From a virus (lineage: Duplodnaviria; Caudoviricetes): a stretch of DNA of 64,000 nt. Shown in pieces: positions 41,583 to 49,984 of this stretch. How positions within the stretch are numbered: position 1 is the stretch's first letter; every line of letters starts with the position of its first letter. A model generated the notes under the pieces. It made no database searches. It was not told the origin of the DNA and saw nothing but the letters and a program-made list of their open reading frames with translations. The stretch lies in IMG/VR virus record IMGVR_UViG_3300028888_000001; one strand, 5' to 3'. A program made the translations under genes and the position numbers.

Positions 41583-42080
41583 ATGAAAACAACAAAAATC
41601 CGCACTATGAAAAGTGCAAAGTTAATGAAACCAGTCCATATTACAGTAGACGTAGACATGGACGCGATCAAATATGATGCAGAAGTTATTGGCATCACAA
41701 TTTCCGTAATGGCAGGAAGAGCCTGGAGATTAGCAAAAAAGATTACAAAGAAAGCGGCAAAGCTTATAAAAGAGGCCGCTACGTTCGTAGCAACGAAAAC
41801 AGCAGAAAACGTGCGATATGATATGGAGTTTTATCCACAGATGGCAGCACAGCTGGCCGACAAATGGAAAACTGAAACATGGCCGGCATTGAAATTTGAT
41901 TGGAACCTTATGATGCTCAATTTTGAGCTCATGTTTGATATGAAGATTCCCAGCATTAACATCAGGGATTCGAAACTCGTTAACAGGTTTATGCAACTTG
42001 TTAACAGCATTCGGCACAATAGCAACAACTGCAATGTCAATAAGCCACTATTATTAACAATGAATATTGAGGAGATGTAA
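41583..42080 (+). CDS. early hypothetical protein
   Basis: Early motif at 41332; AGAAAGGA RBS before ATG 41583. Confidence 0.7.
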   Translation: MKTTKIRTMKSAKLMKPVHITVDVDMDAIKYDAEVIGITISVMAGRAWRLAKKITKKAAKLIKEAATFVATKTAENVRYDMEFYPQMAAQLADKWKTETWPALKFDWNLMMLNFELMFDMKIPSINIRDSKLVNRFMQLVNSIRHNSNNCNVNKPLLLTMNIEEM

Positions 42081-42084
42081 TGTA

Positions 42085-42399
42085 ATGAAAATGAAAGTGG
42101 GAGTAGAAGTCGATAGCAAAATTATGCAGCAGCTACAGACAGATGATACATTCAAAAAAAATAGTCAAAAGGTCTTTGATAAATTATTGGATTGTGCAGA
42201 AGCCGCAGAAACGGATGAAAAACAAAAACAACGACTTGTTGAATTTGTCAGAAGGCAATTCTTCGACGAGCTTGATTTCATGTCCAGACTTAACGGGCTC
42301 CACTTCTTGATGAACCACGAACAGTTTATACGCTGTTTAAAAATTGGGTTCGAAATAGACGCTAAGTCTATTATCAATCAGATTAACCAGAATAAATAA
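42085..42399 (+). CDS. early hypothetical protein
   Basis: GAGGAG RBS; terminator at 42443-42487. Confidence 0.7.
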   Translation: MKMKVGVEVDSKIMQQLQTDDTFKKNSQKVFDKLLDCAEAAETDEKQKQRLVEFVRRQFFDELDFMSRLNGLHFLMNHEQFIRCLKIGFEIDAKSIINQINQNK

Positions 42400-42537
42400 T
42401 GTGCACATTATCCACCTTCAAGCCTGATCAATTTGAGGGTGGGAGAGACCAAGCTAAGCGCGCAGCTTGGTCTCTTTTATTTTTTTATATAATTGCTCGA
42501 CATTTGAGTAATTTGCATATATGGAGGTTATAATATT

Positions 42538-43923
42538 ATGGCCAGAAAATATCATTGCATGTATTGCAATCAGTTGTTTGAACGACCTAAATTAATACAA
42601 CACATTGAAAAGAAACATAGAGAAATGATACCTCAGGGGTATACAGCAGCAAGACTGGTATTTGATAAAATAAACAACACCACTGGAGGTAAATGTAGAG
42701 TATGCGGTAGTCCAACAAATTGGGATGAGAATCTTAATAAGTATAGTGTACTATGCGATAACCCAAAGTGTAAAGAAGAATTAAGAAATAGATATAAACA
42801 AAATATGCTTCGTGTTAGAGGTACTTATAATATTCTTAACGATCCAGAGCAACAGAAGCTTATGCTCTCCCATAGAAAAATTTCTGGTACATATCATCAT
42901 TCAGATGGTGGTGAGATTGGCTATACTGGAGAGTATGAGCGTAAAGCTCTTGAATTTATGGATGTATTTATGAGAATACCATCCAAAGACATTATATCAC
43001 CAGGTCCAACTATGGAATACACCTATAAGGGCAAAAAGCATATTTATATTCCAGATTTTATATATTTACCATATAACCTCATAATAGAGATTAAAGATGG
43101 TGGAGAAAATCTTAATAATAAACAATCTCAATCTATGATTGAATCTAGAGAAAAAACTATAGAAAAAGAACGCTTGATTACCGATAAAGGTCAATACAAT
43201 TATATCAGACTTACAGATAATCAATTCGTTCAGCTAGTAGAAGTCTTCATGGAGATTAAAGAGAAGCTTCTAAATGAAGATGACTCTAAAACAGTTAAAG
43301 TTAATGAAGCAGCGATACATGTACCAGATCAAGTCAATGATTATTTTATTTCTAAAGGCACTTATTCAGAATTTCAGTTTATCCTAGAGATGAATAATGA
43401 TTTTTGTACGACTAAAAAATACGCTGATATATCACCTAATGACGTTATAAAATACAAAACTCTCACTCCAAAACAGTTTGAAAAATATGGCTATGGGGTT
43501 TGTTATGATTATGTATGCTCTGAAGATTTTTGGTTTAGAACTAAAATTTCAGATGTAAGACATGAAACCTGGTATACTATAATGCAGGATGATACAAACT
43601 ACACAGAGACGCATACATATTTAATATTTGAGTATAAATCAAAGTGGTATTGGTTTGAAGCAGCATGGGAAGAATATGCTGGCGTTAGAGGATTCAATTC
43701 TAAAGCAGACTGCGTTAAATATGTAGAGTATCTATTCGCAAAGAGATTTAAAAACCCATCTGTGTTTGCTACAAAGTATGATGCATCTGATAAGCATCTA
43801 ATGGAAATTACTTTAAATCAATTCAATGATTACATGACAGCTCGGATGAGCCATAAAAACAAAGTTAAATGGGAAGATGGCAAGAATATTAAATATATAT
43901 TTAAACAAACTCCTAACAATTAA
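42538..43923 (+). CDS. zinc fingers plus PD-(D/E)XK nuclease (TnsA/T4 gp4-like) fused to a transglutaminase/papain-like domain
   Basis: CMYC..HIEKKH, CRVC..CDNPKC; YIPDF...IIEIKD; GVCYD...HTYL...WYWFE; late motif at 42499. Confidence 0.65.
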   Translation: MARKYHCMYCNQLFERPKLIQHIEKKHREMIPQGYTAARLVFDKINNTTGGKCRVCGSPTNWDENLNKYSVLCDNPKCKEELRNRYKQNMLRVRGTYNILNDPEQQKLMLSHRKISGTYHHSDGGEIGYTGEYERKALEFMDVFMRIPSKDIISPGPTMEYTYKGKKHIYIPDFIYLPYNLIIEIKDGGENLNNKQSQSMIESREKTIEKERLITDKGQYNYIRLTDNQFVQLVEVFMEIKEKLLNEDDSKTVKVNEAAIHVPDQVNDYFISKGTYSEFQFILEMNNDFCTTKKYADISPNDVIKYKTLTPKQFEKYGYGVCYDYVCSEDFWFRTKISDVRHETWYTIMQDDTNYTETHTYLIFEYKSKWYWFEAAWEEYAGVRGFNSKADCVKYVEYLFAKRFKNPSVFATKYDASDKHLMEITLNQFNDYMTARMSHKNKVKWEDGKNIKYIFKQTPNN

Positions 43924-43925
43924 GT

Positions 43926-44090
43926 AAACCCAGATTGAATAATCGATCTGTTCACATATGTTCTTCATGGCTGAGTGTTTAGACCATTCTTGTAGGGCGA
44001 AGTTTGTTTCTAAACATAAAGCACCTCCTTCAACTGATAAAGATAGAAGCAAGAGACTCTAGGGAGTTTTCCCTAGAGTCTCTCTTCTTG
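43926..44090 (+). ncRNA. candidate late sRNA with anti-SD/anti-AUG module
   Basis: Late motif 43915-43926; 5' hairpin CAGATTGA/TCGATCTG; CAT-AAAG-CACCTCCTT at 44015-44030; terminator 44053-44082. Confidence 0.55.
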
Positions 44091-44134
44091 TTGTAACACT
44101 TAATTAAATAAAAAAGCGAAAGGGGGCTATAATT

Positions 44135-44554
44135 ATGTATATTCCTAGATGGAAAAGGCTTATATACTTTAGAAGATTTGCGTTATTTTTGTTGATAGCC
44201 GCCATCATCGCAGTAACGGGCATACATTTTTTAAAAGAAAAAGAAGATAACCATACTATAGAGCGAATGAATATCAAAGCGATTGAATATAAAACTGGCG
44301 GTCCACTTATATTATACGATGAAAATGATAATATTATAGGTTTTTATTTAAATGAGATATCTATACTCTATAATGAATATTTTGAGGAAATACCACTTGG
44401 GATTTTTTCTTGTAAATATAATCAAAATAATAAAAGTTTAGAAATTTATAATTTTGACTATGAATATTTTGGTGAAATAATGATTGATGATAATAATATA
44501 GAATTACAAAATATGTTTCAGGATTCTATAATGGTAGTTTACGATAATTTATAA
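44135..44554 (+). CDS. late protein with a single N-terminal transmembrane helix
   Basis: RRFALFLLIAAIIAVTGIHFL; late motif at 44095. Confidence 0.7.
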   Translation: MYIPRWKRLIYFRRFALFLLIAAIIAVTGIHFLKEKEDNHTIERMNIKAIEYKTGGPLILYDENDNIIGFYLNEISILYNEYFEEIPLGIFSCKYNQNNKSLEIYNFDYEYFGEIMIDDNNIELQNMFQDSIMVVYDNL

Positions 44555-44679
44555 TCCTATAGGGAGTAATCCCTATAGGAGTAAATTGTGATTTAATTAT
44601 ATATTATATATGTGATTGTAACAAAACAATCTGAAACGATAAATCTTGCTTAAATATATTTATAGGAGGTAAAAAACAA

Positions 44680-45837
44680 ATGAAGAAAAAACGCCCAGCA
44701 ACATGTACTTTAGACGAATATCAAGTCGAGGAGATTAAAAATCTCTTATCACTTGGTAAGAAAGAACGAGACATTGCAACTATCTATAAATGCAAGGTAG
44801 GAGACATCTATAAGATCAAGCAAGAAATGAATGACCAGCAAGCTGAACAGCAGAAAAATACTGTAGAAGTTGGAATCGTTAATATCGATGATCTTATTCC
44901 GCTTCCAGTAAAAGAAGAAACAACAAGCGATGACACTTCAAAAGAAGAAGAAACTAAAATTAAGAGAAAGCGCATAACCGCAGCAGAGAAAGAGTCAATT
45001 TGTAAAGATCTGCGTAAAGGTATAACTGCCGCTGTTATAGCGGAAAAGTATAATATCTCTACGTCATCTGTATTCAGAATAAAATCTGAGTATAAAATGG
45101 CGTATGCTAAAACTCTTAAAGAATCATCAGTTAAGCAACAGCAGTTGTTTGATCCCAATAAGCTGGTTAGGATACAAAACGGATCGTATGTGAAACTTGG
45201 GTTAGTTGCCGATAGACACGATATTAGACCAGTAGACACATACATTTTCGAAACGTTTGATCCTGATCTCATGTTTAATTATGAGAAACAAGACCAGATG
45301 GCGAAAGAAGTGCTACTGAAAAAGATTCCATTTAGCTATGGGAAGCCATTAAAAGGCTTAATGCTTTACGTAACAGGCTTACAGTCAGCTCTTGTTTCCG
45401 TTATCAAAGCTTGCCAGGAGTTAAAAATTCCACTTATAGTGATGCACCATAATTCTGATGATGATAGCTATATGCCTCAGTATTATACAGACGACAATAA
45501 GGAAGATATCGTTTCAAAAATACCGGCAGTGCTTGAAAATTATATAAAGCGTGTGAGAACAGTACAGCTGTATAATTGCAGAGCAGAAGACCTGGTGGAA
45601 GCGAAAGAATTATTTGAAATTCGGGAGTGTACATATGATGCTCTTCCCGGAAGCATAACCAGGCAGGTAATTGCAACTGACACTATTATCTTTATCAACA
45701 AATTTGCAGCTTGGGAGTATTTTAGATTGAAAGCTGAAGAGGCTGAACCAAAAAAATCAGTATTTATTAACACAGCTTGCATTGACGATAAAGGTAGATT
45801 CAGTTCTGGCAAAAGCATTGCTAGAATAACAAATTGA
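44680..45837 (+). CDS. early protein with two HTH domains and an alpha/beta C-terminal domain
   Basis: GKKERDIATIYKCKVGDIYKIK and GITAAVIAEKYNISTSSVFRIK; early motif at 44597. Confidence 0.7.
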   Translation: MKKKRPATCTLDEYQVEEIKNLLSLGKKERDIATIYKCKVGDIYKIKQEMNDQQAEQQKNTVEVGIVNIDDLIPLPVKEETTSDDTSKEEETKIKRKRITAAEKESICKDLRKGITAAVIAEKYNISTSSVFRIKSEYKMAYAKTLKESSVKQQQLFDPNKLVRIQNGSYVKLGLVADRHDIRPVDTYIFETFDPDLMFNYEKQDQMAKEVLLKKIPFSYGKPLKGLMLYVTGLQSALVSVIKACQELKIPLIVMHHNSDDDSYMPQYYTDDNKEDIVSKIPAVLENYIKRVRTVQLYNCRAEDLVEAKELFEIRECTYDALPGSITRQVIATDTIIFINKFAAWEYFRLKAEEAEPKKSVFINTACIDDKGRFSSGKSIARITN

Positions 45838-45888
45838 AAAGACAACTCCAGAGGTCACAAGACCTCTGGAGTAATTTGTTATTATTTT

Positions 45889-46596
45889 TTATTTTACAAA
45901 ATCATAGAATTGTTCTATGACCATTTCTTTAGTAATTTGTTTCTTGTTCATGCTCTTAAACAGCTCTATATATTTAGACTTAGAAAAGTCTGCTTTAGAT
46001 ACAAGAGACTGAAGTGCTGAATGAGTTGTGCTTAAAGGTTTACCATTCTTTTCTGCGATCTTGACGATTAGATCGTCTGCTCTGTATTTCTTATTTGTCC
46101 ATGGCTTAATAGATGCCAGAGAAACAATAGCTTTATAACCATATGTATTTGGGTTTATACCCCAATTATCTAACTCTTCAGAGATAATATCTTCCGCAGT
46201 CAGGTTATCAATTTCTTCTTCATCCATATCATATAGATCTTCTACTGTTGGTGGTTCTACTTTATTGGATTCTCTAATACTCTGTTTCGTTTTAGCATCC
46301 TGCTCAGCAGATTGATCTGTGAAAGCTCCAACAGCAGACGGCGATGCTCCAGAACCAACCATAGCGACGAATTTGTTAATCACGTTGACACAATCAAGAG
46401 ACCTAGAGACATAATTCGCTCTTGCTTGCTCATCTAATTTGTTATCCATAATAATCTTCAAGAAATCGTTAGTATGGATAACAATATTGCAGAATTGCTT
46501 AAGCAATTCATCCGGTGCATTATTCTTCAGGTAATTGATTAAAATATTTCTGAGATTAGCATCTTCATTGGTATTCTGTGTAGTGTTGTCCGGCAT
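45889..46596 (-). CDS. Spo0A C-terminal effector-domain-like protein lacking a receiver domain
   Basis: LDNWGINPNTYGYKAI...LIVKIAEKNGKPLSTTHSALQSLV...QITKEMVI aligns by eye with Spo0A_C (IHEIGVPAHIKGYLYL...[24 protein letters not shown]...KPTNSEFI); late motif at 46646. Confidence 0.6.
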   Translation of the reverse strand: MPDNTTQNTNEDANLRNILINYLKNNAPDELLKQFCNIVIHTNDFLKIIMDNKLDEQARANYVSRSLDCVNVINKFVAMVGSGASPSAVGAFTDQSAEQDAKTKQSIRESNKVEPPTVEDLYDMDEEEIDNLTAEDIISEELDNWGINPNTYGYKAIVSLASIKPWTNKKYRADDLIVKIAEKNGKPLSTTHSALQSLVSKADFSKSKYIELFKSMNKKQITKEMVIEQFYDFVK

Positions 46597-46736
46597 TGTG
46601 ATTCCCTCCTGAAATATAGTAATTAACAGATTTTTATTTTTTTGTTATTGAGCATATTAATTTATACAGAAAGATAATTATTTAGCCCAAGACATTTGAG
46701 TAATCTATTAATTTCTCAGGAGGTTTAAATTGTATT

Positions 46737-48266
46737 ATGGGAGATAATAATTCTGAAGAATATATCGATCTTAGTTATCTGCTAGACGATGATGATGAAA
46801 TAGATGATAATTTCTTTTCAACTTCAAATCCGTCTGGAGAGACATATTATAATGATAATAGGCAAACATACGATATCTTCGTTGATGAAAAATTAAAAGA
46901 ATATAATACATATCTCTATCAAGATGACGAACCCTCTTCAGTAGAACCATTATCAGAAGTCGGATCTGTTTCTTATGGTGGTAACACTGGAGATTCTGGT
47001 ATTAATTTCAAGCAAGAGAAAAAGAGAGAATCTAAAGAAATTACTAATAAAGATGATCTAAAAGAAATACTCTCTATCACTCATGATAAAGCAGCACAGA
47101 AAATTACTATAATGGATTACTTCGGAGACTTTGGCGATGGTCCAAGATTTCAACCATACTGGATATTAAAAGTGCCAGCAAATACATATGGCGGTTATTC
47201 TAAAATCAATAAAGAAAATACGACATCGAAACGAACTAACAAAACGCCATTTACTACCACCATAGGCTTATGGATTTTCAACAAGATGTTTATAGAGCCT
47301 ATGTCAGATGTCTTAGGATATGTGAATACTCCAATAACTGCAGGTACGTATAAAGATATAAATCAAAAAGTGACATATGCTTTAATTGAAGATAAAATTA
47401 CAATAAGGCAATTAAAAGATTTTATATCTCAATCTCAGATATTGATGTCATGCTGTTCTGCATTGTCTTCATCGCATACTAATGCTATATTTACGATAGA
47501 AGAGAAAATATCTAAAAAGAAAGAAGAGCTAAAGAAAAAATACGGCGATAAGTTATCAAGTGATAACCCAGATCTAGATACAGCGTCTAAGTATGAAAAA
47601 GAATTGATAGATTATGCTAAAGATTTATTGAAAAACGATCCAGCGTCTGATATGTTTGAGTCTGGTGCTCGTTCATCTTGGGGTAATAATTTTAAAAATA
47701 TGTATTTAACCAGAGGCCCATTAAGACGTACAGATGGGTCTTATTCTTTTTCTTCTGAATCTTATATCGAAGGACTTGATCCTAAAGATTATGTTGCTGT
47801 ATCGGATGCTGCTGTACAGGGACCATTTGCTAGATCTCGTTTGACTGCAACTGGTGGCTATTCAGAAAAGCAGTTTACTAATGCTACACAACATATTAAA
47901 GTTCTTCCCAAAGGCTCGGATTGCAAAACTAAACGATACATTGAAGTTAATCTCACTAAATTAAATATAAAAGATTGGTATTATTCATTTATGATTGGTT
48001 CATCTGGAAATTTGATAGAATTAACTCCAGAGGTAGCGTCTAAATATATCGGTAAAAAAGTAAAAATGCGTTTTTCAGCGTTATGTCATTCTAAAAACGG
48101 CATTTGTGAAGCATGTGCTGGATCATTATTTAACCGTATAGGTATAAATAATATAGGAATGGCCAGCATGATTATGATGTCTAGTGTAAAAAATAAGAGC
48201 ATGGCGCAGTTCCACGATTCCACGCTTAATCTAGCTCATATAGATCCAGAAAAAATATTTTACTAA
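46737..48266 (+). CDS. rpoC: RNA polymerase beta' C-terminal half (probably virion RNAP)
   Basis: TTTIG, SGARSS, SYIEGL, TATGGY, DCKT, RFSALC...ICEACAG, QFH; late motif at 46691. Confidence 0.88.
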   Translation: MGDNNSEEYIDLSYLLDDDDEIDDNFFSTSNPSGETYYNDNRQTYDIFVDEKLKEYNTYLYQDDEPSSVEPLSEVGSVSYGGNTGDSGINFKQEKKRESKEITNKDDLKEILSITHDKAAQKITIMDYFGDFGDGPRFQPYWILKVPANTYGGYSKINKENTTSKRTNKTPFTTTIGLWIFNKMFIEPMSDVLGYVNTPITAGTYKDINQKVTYALIEDKITIRQLKDFISQSQILMSCCSALSSSHTNAIFTIEEKISKKKEELKKKYGDKLSSDNPDLDTASKYEKELIDYAKDLLKNDPASDMFESGARSSWGNNFKNMYLTRGPLRRTDGSYSFSSESYIEGLDPKDYVAVSDAAVQGPFARSRLTATGGYSEKQFTNATQHIKVLPKGSDCKTKRYIEVNLTKLNIKDWYYSFMIGSSGNLIELTPEVASKYIGKKVKMRFSALCHSKNGICEACAGSLFNRIGINNIGMASMIMMSSVKNKSMAQFHDSTLNLAHIDPEKIFY

Positions 48267-48288
48267 ATATTATATTTAAGGAGAAAAA

Positions 48289-49455
48289 ATGAATAATATA
48301 AAATATAATTTCAAAAACGGAGATATTATCGATTCTAATAATTTTGGTAAATTTGAATTTTTAGAAGAGTTTACTAAGATAATAAATGGTAAAAAAGTTA
48401 GATTTGGAAGAGTGAAATTTTTAAATACTGGAACTATAGTTGAATCTAGAATAGTAGAAATAGCATGTGGTAGAGTTAAAGATCCATATGCTCTAACAAT
48501 ATCTGGTGTTGGTTATTTGGGTAATTCATCAAATAAAAAATACACTAAAAGAGAATATGACATGTGGCGTAATATGATATTACGCTGCTATGATAAAAAC
48601 AGCTGTATGTATAAATTTTATGGCGCTTTAGGTATAACTGTCTGCGAACGCTGGCATTGTTTTGAGTATTTCTTGGATGATTTACCAACACTATATGGAT
48701 ATGATAAATACCTTGAAGATAATACCTATCAATTAGATAAAGACTTTTTACAAAAAGATTTACCGGCTAATATGAAAATATATTCTCCTAGCACGTGTAT
48801 ATTTTTAAATCATGATACAAATGCACGAATAGGCTCATACTCAAAATACTGCAATGACAAAACAAGTGATTATCGTGGGGTATATAAACTTTCAAATGGA
48901 AATTTTCAATGTAGAGTCCAAATAAACGGTACTGATTATTTTCTTGGCACATATATGGATGAAATAGCAGCAGCTAATATGTATAATTATGCCATAGTTG
49001 GTATAGAAGATGAATCAACTGTCATAAACGATGTACCGTTTATGACATTACAAGAATGCTTAGAATATAAAACAAGAAATCAACCTATAAAAATGCCGCC
49101 TAATGCAAATTATGATGAAATAGAAAAGTATAATAGTAACGCTAATTTTAAAGGAGTTTTTAAACATAGGAATTGTTTTATAGCTAATTTTAGTACTAAT
49201 GGAAATCAAACACGTATAGGTGCTTTTGATGATAAAATTGCAGCTGCTAATGCATATAATTATTACGTATCCAGATACAGTAATATGGAAACTCATAAGT
49301 TAAATGATGTACCATATATGTCTGTAGATGAGTGGATTCATCATAAACACTATGCTAAAAATAATAAGCCGGTATTAATGACAGAAAGCACTTTAGAACC
49401 AGAAAATGAACGTAAAAATAGATGTTTATCTATTTATGGTATAGAATTCTATTAA
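48289..49455 (+). CDS. free-standing HNH-type homing endonuclease with two AP2 domains
   Basis: WRNMILRCY, YGALGITVCERW, LDKD, YSPSTC; two (Y/F)xGV...G..D..AAA..YN repeats. Confidence 0.8.
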   Translation: MNNIKYNFKNGDIIDSNNFGKFEFLEEFTKIINGKKVRFGRVKFLNTGTIVESRIVEIACGRVKDPYALTISGVGYLGNSSNKKYTKREYDMWRNMILRCYDKNSCMYKFYGALGITVCERWHCFEYFLDDLPTLYGYDKYLEDNTYQLDKDFLQKDLPANMKIYSPSTCIFLNHDTNARIGSYSKYCNDKTSDYRGVYKLSNGNFQCRVQINGTDYFLGTYMDEIAAANMYNYAIVGIEDESTVINDVPFMTLQECLEYKTRNQPIKMPPNANYDEIEKYNSNANFKGVFKHRNCFIANFSTNGNQTRIGAFDDKIAAANAYNYYVSRYSNMETHKLNDVPYMSVDEWIHHKHYAKNNKPVLMTESTLEPENERKNRCLSIYGIEFY

Positions 49456-49503
49456 TAAATAAACCCATAGGGATTGCTCCCTATGGGTTGCTTGTTTGTC
49501 TTT

Positions 49504-49881
49504 TTATCTAAGAGCTATTCTTAAATGCTCATCATCAAAGTTTTTAAATATATATCTAAACCAATGCCCATGCTTATTTTGAAATTTTTCAATTTTCTTT
49601 TGATCTTCTGGTAATGCTATTAATACAGATTTTACATTATGCATATTAAATCTCACATCTTTTACAAGCTGATCAATTAATTCCATACCACTCGCATAAC
49701 CATATCCGTTTAGATTATAATCAACAAATAATATATCTGTATGATTGGTTAATTTAGAACGTACGTCTAATATATCATCAGATATCTCAAAATAGTTTAC
49801 TTGATTTGGATAAATTGTATTTATGCTACGGGTTATTTTATCACATAATTGCCCATGGCTAGAAACAATTAATATATCCAT
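49504..49881 (-). CDS. stand-alone response-regulator receiver (pseudo-receiver) domain
   Basis: ILIV start, DILFVDYNL...SGMELI, IFKNF; acidic pocket replaced by SSH; late motif at 49943. Confidence 0.65.
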   Translation of the reverse strand: MDILIVSSHGQLCDKITRSINTIYPNQVNYFEISDDILDVRSKLTNHTDILFVDYNLNGYGYASGMELIDQLVKDVRFNMHNVKSVLIALPEDQKKIEKFQNKHGHWFRYIFKNFDDEHLRIALR

Positions 49882-49984
49882 AAATATATCCCTCCGTTAT
49901 TAGTTTTTTATAACCATCATAACGTTGGCTATATATTTATGTTACCAAGATACAAGAGGGCGGATTTCTCCGCCCACTTGAATA

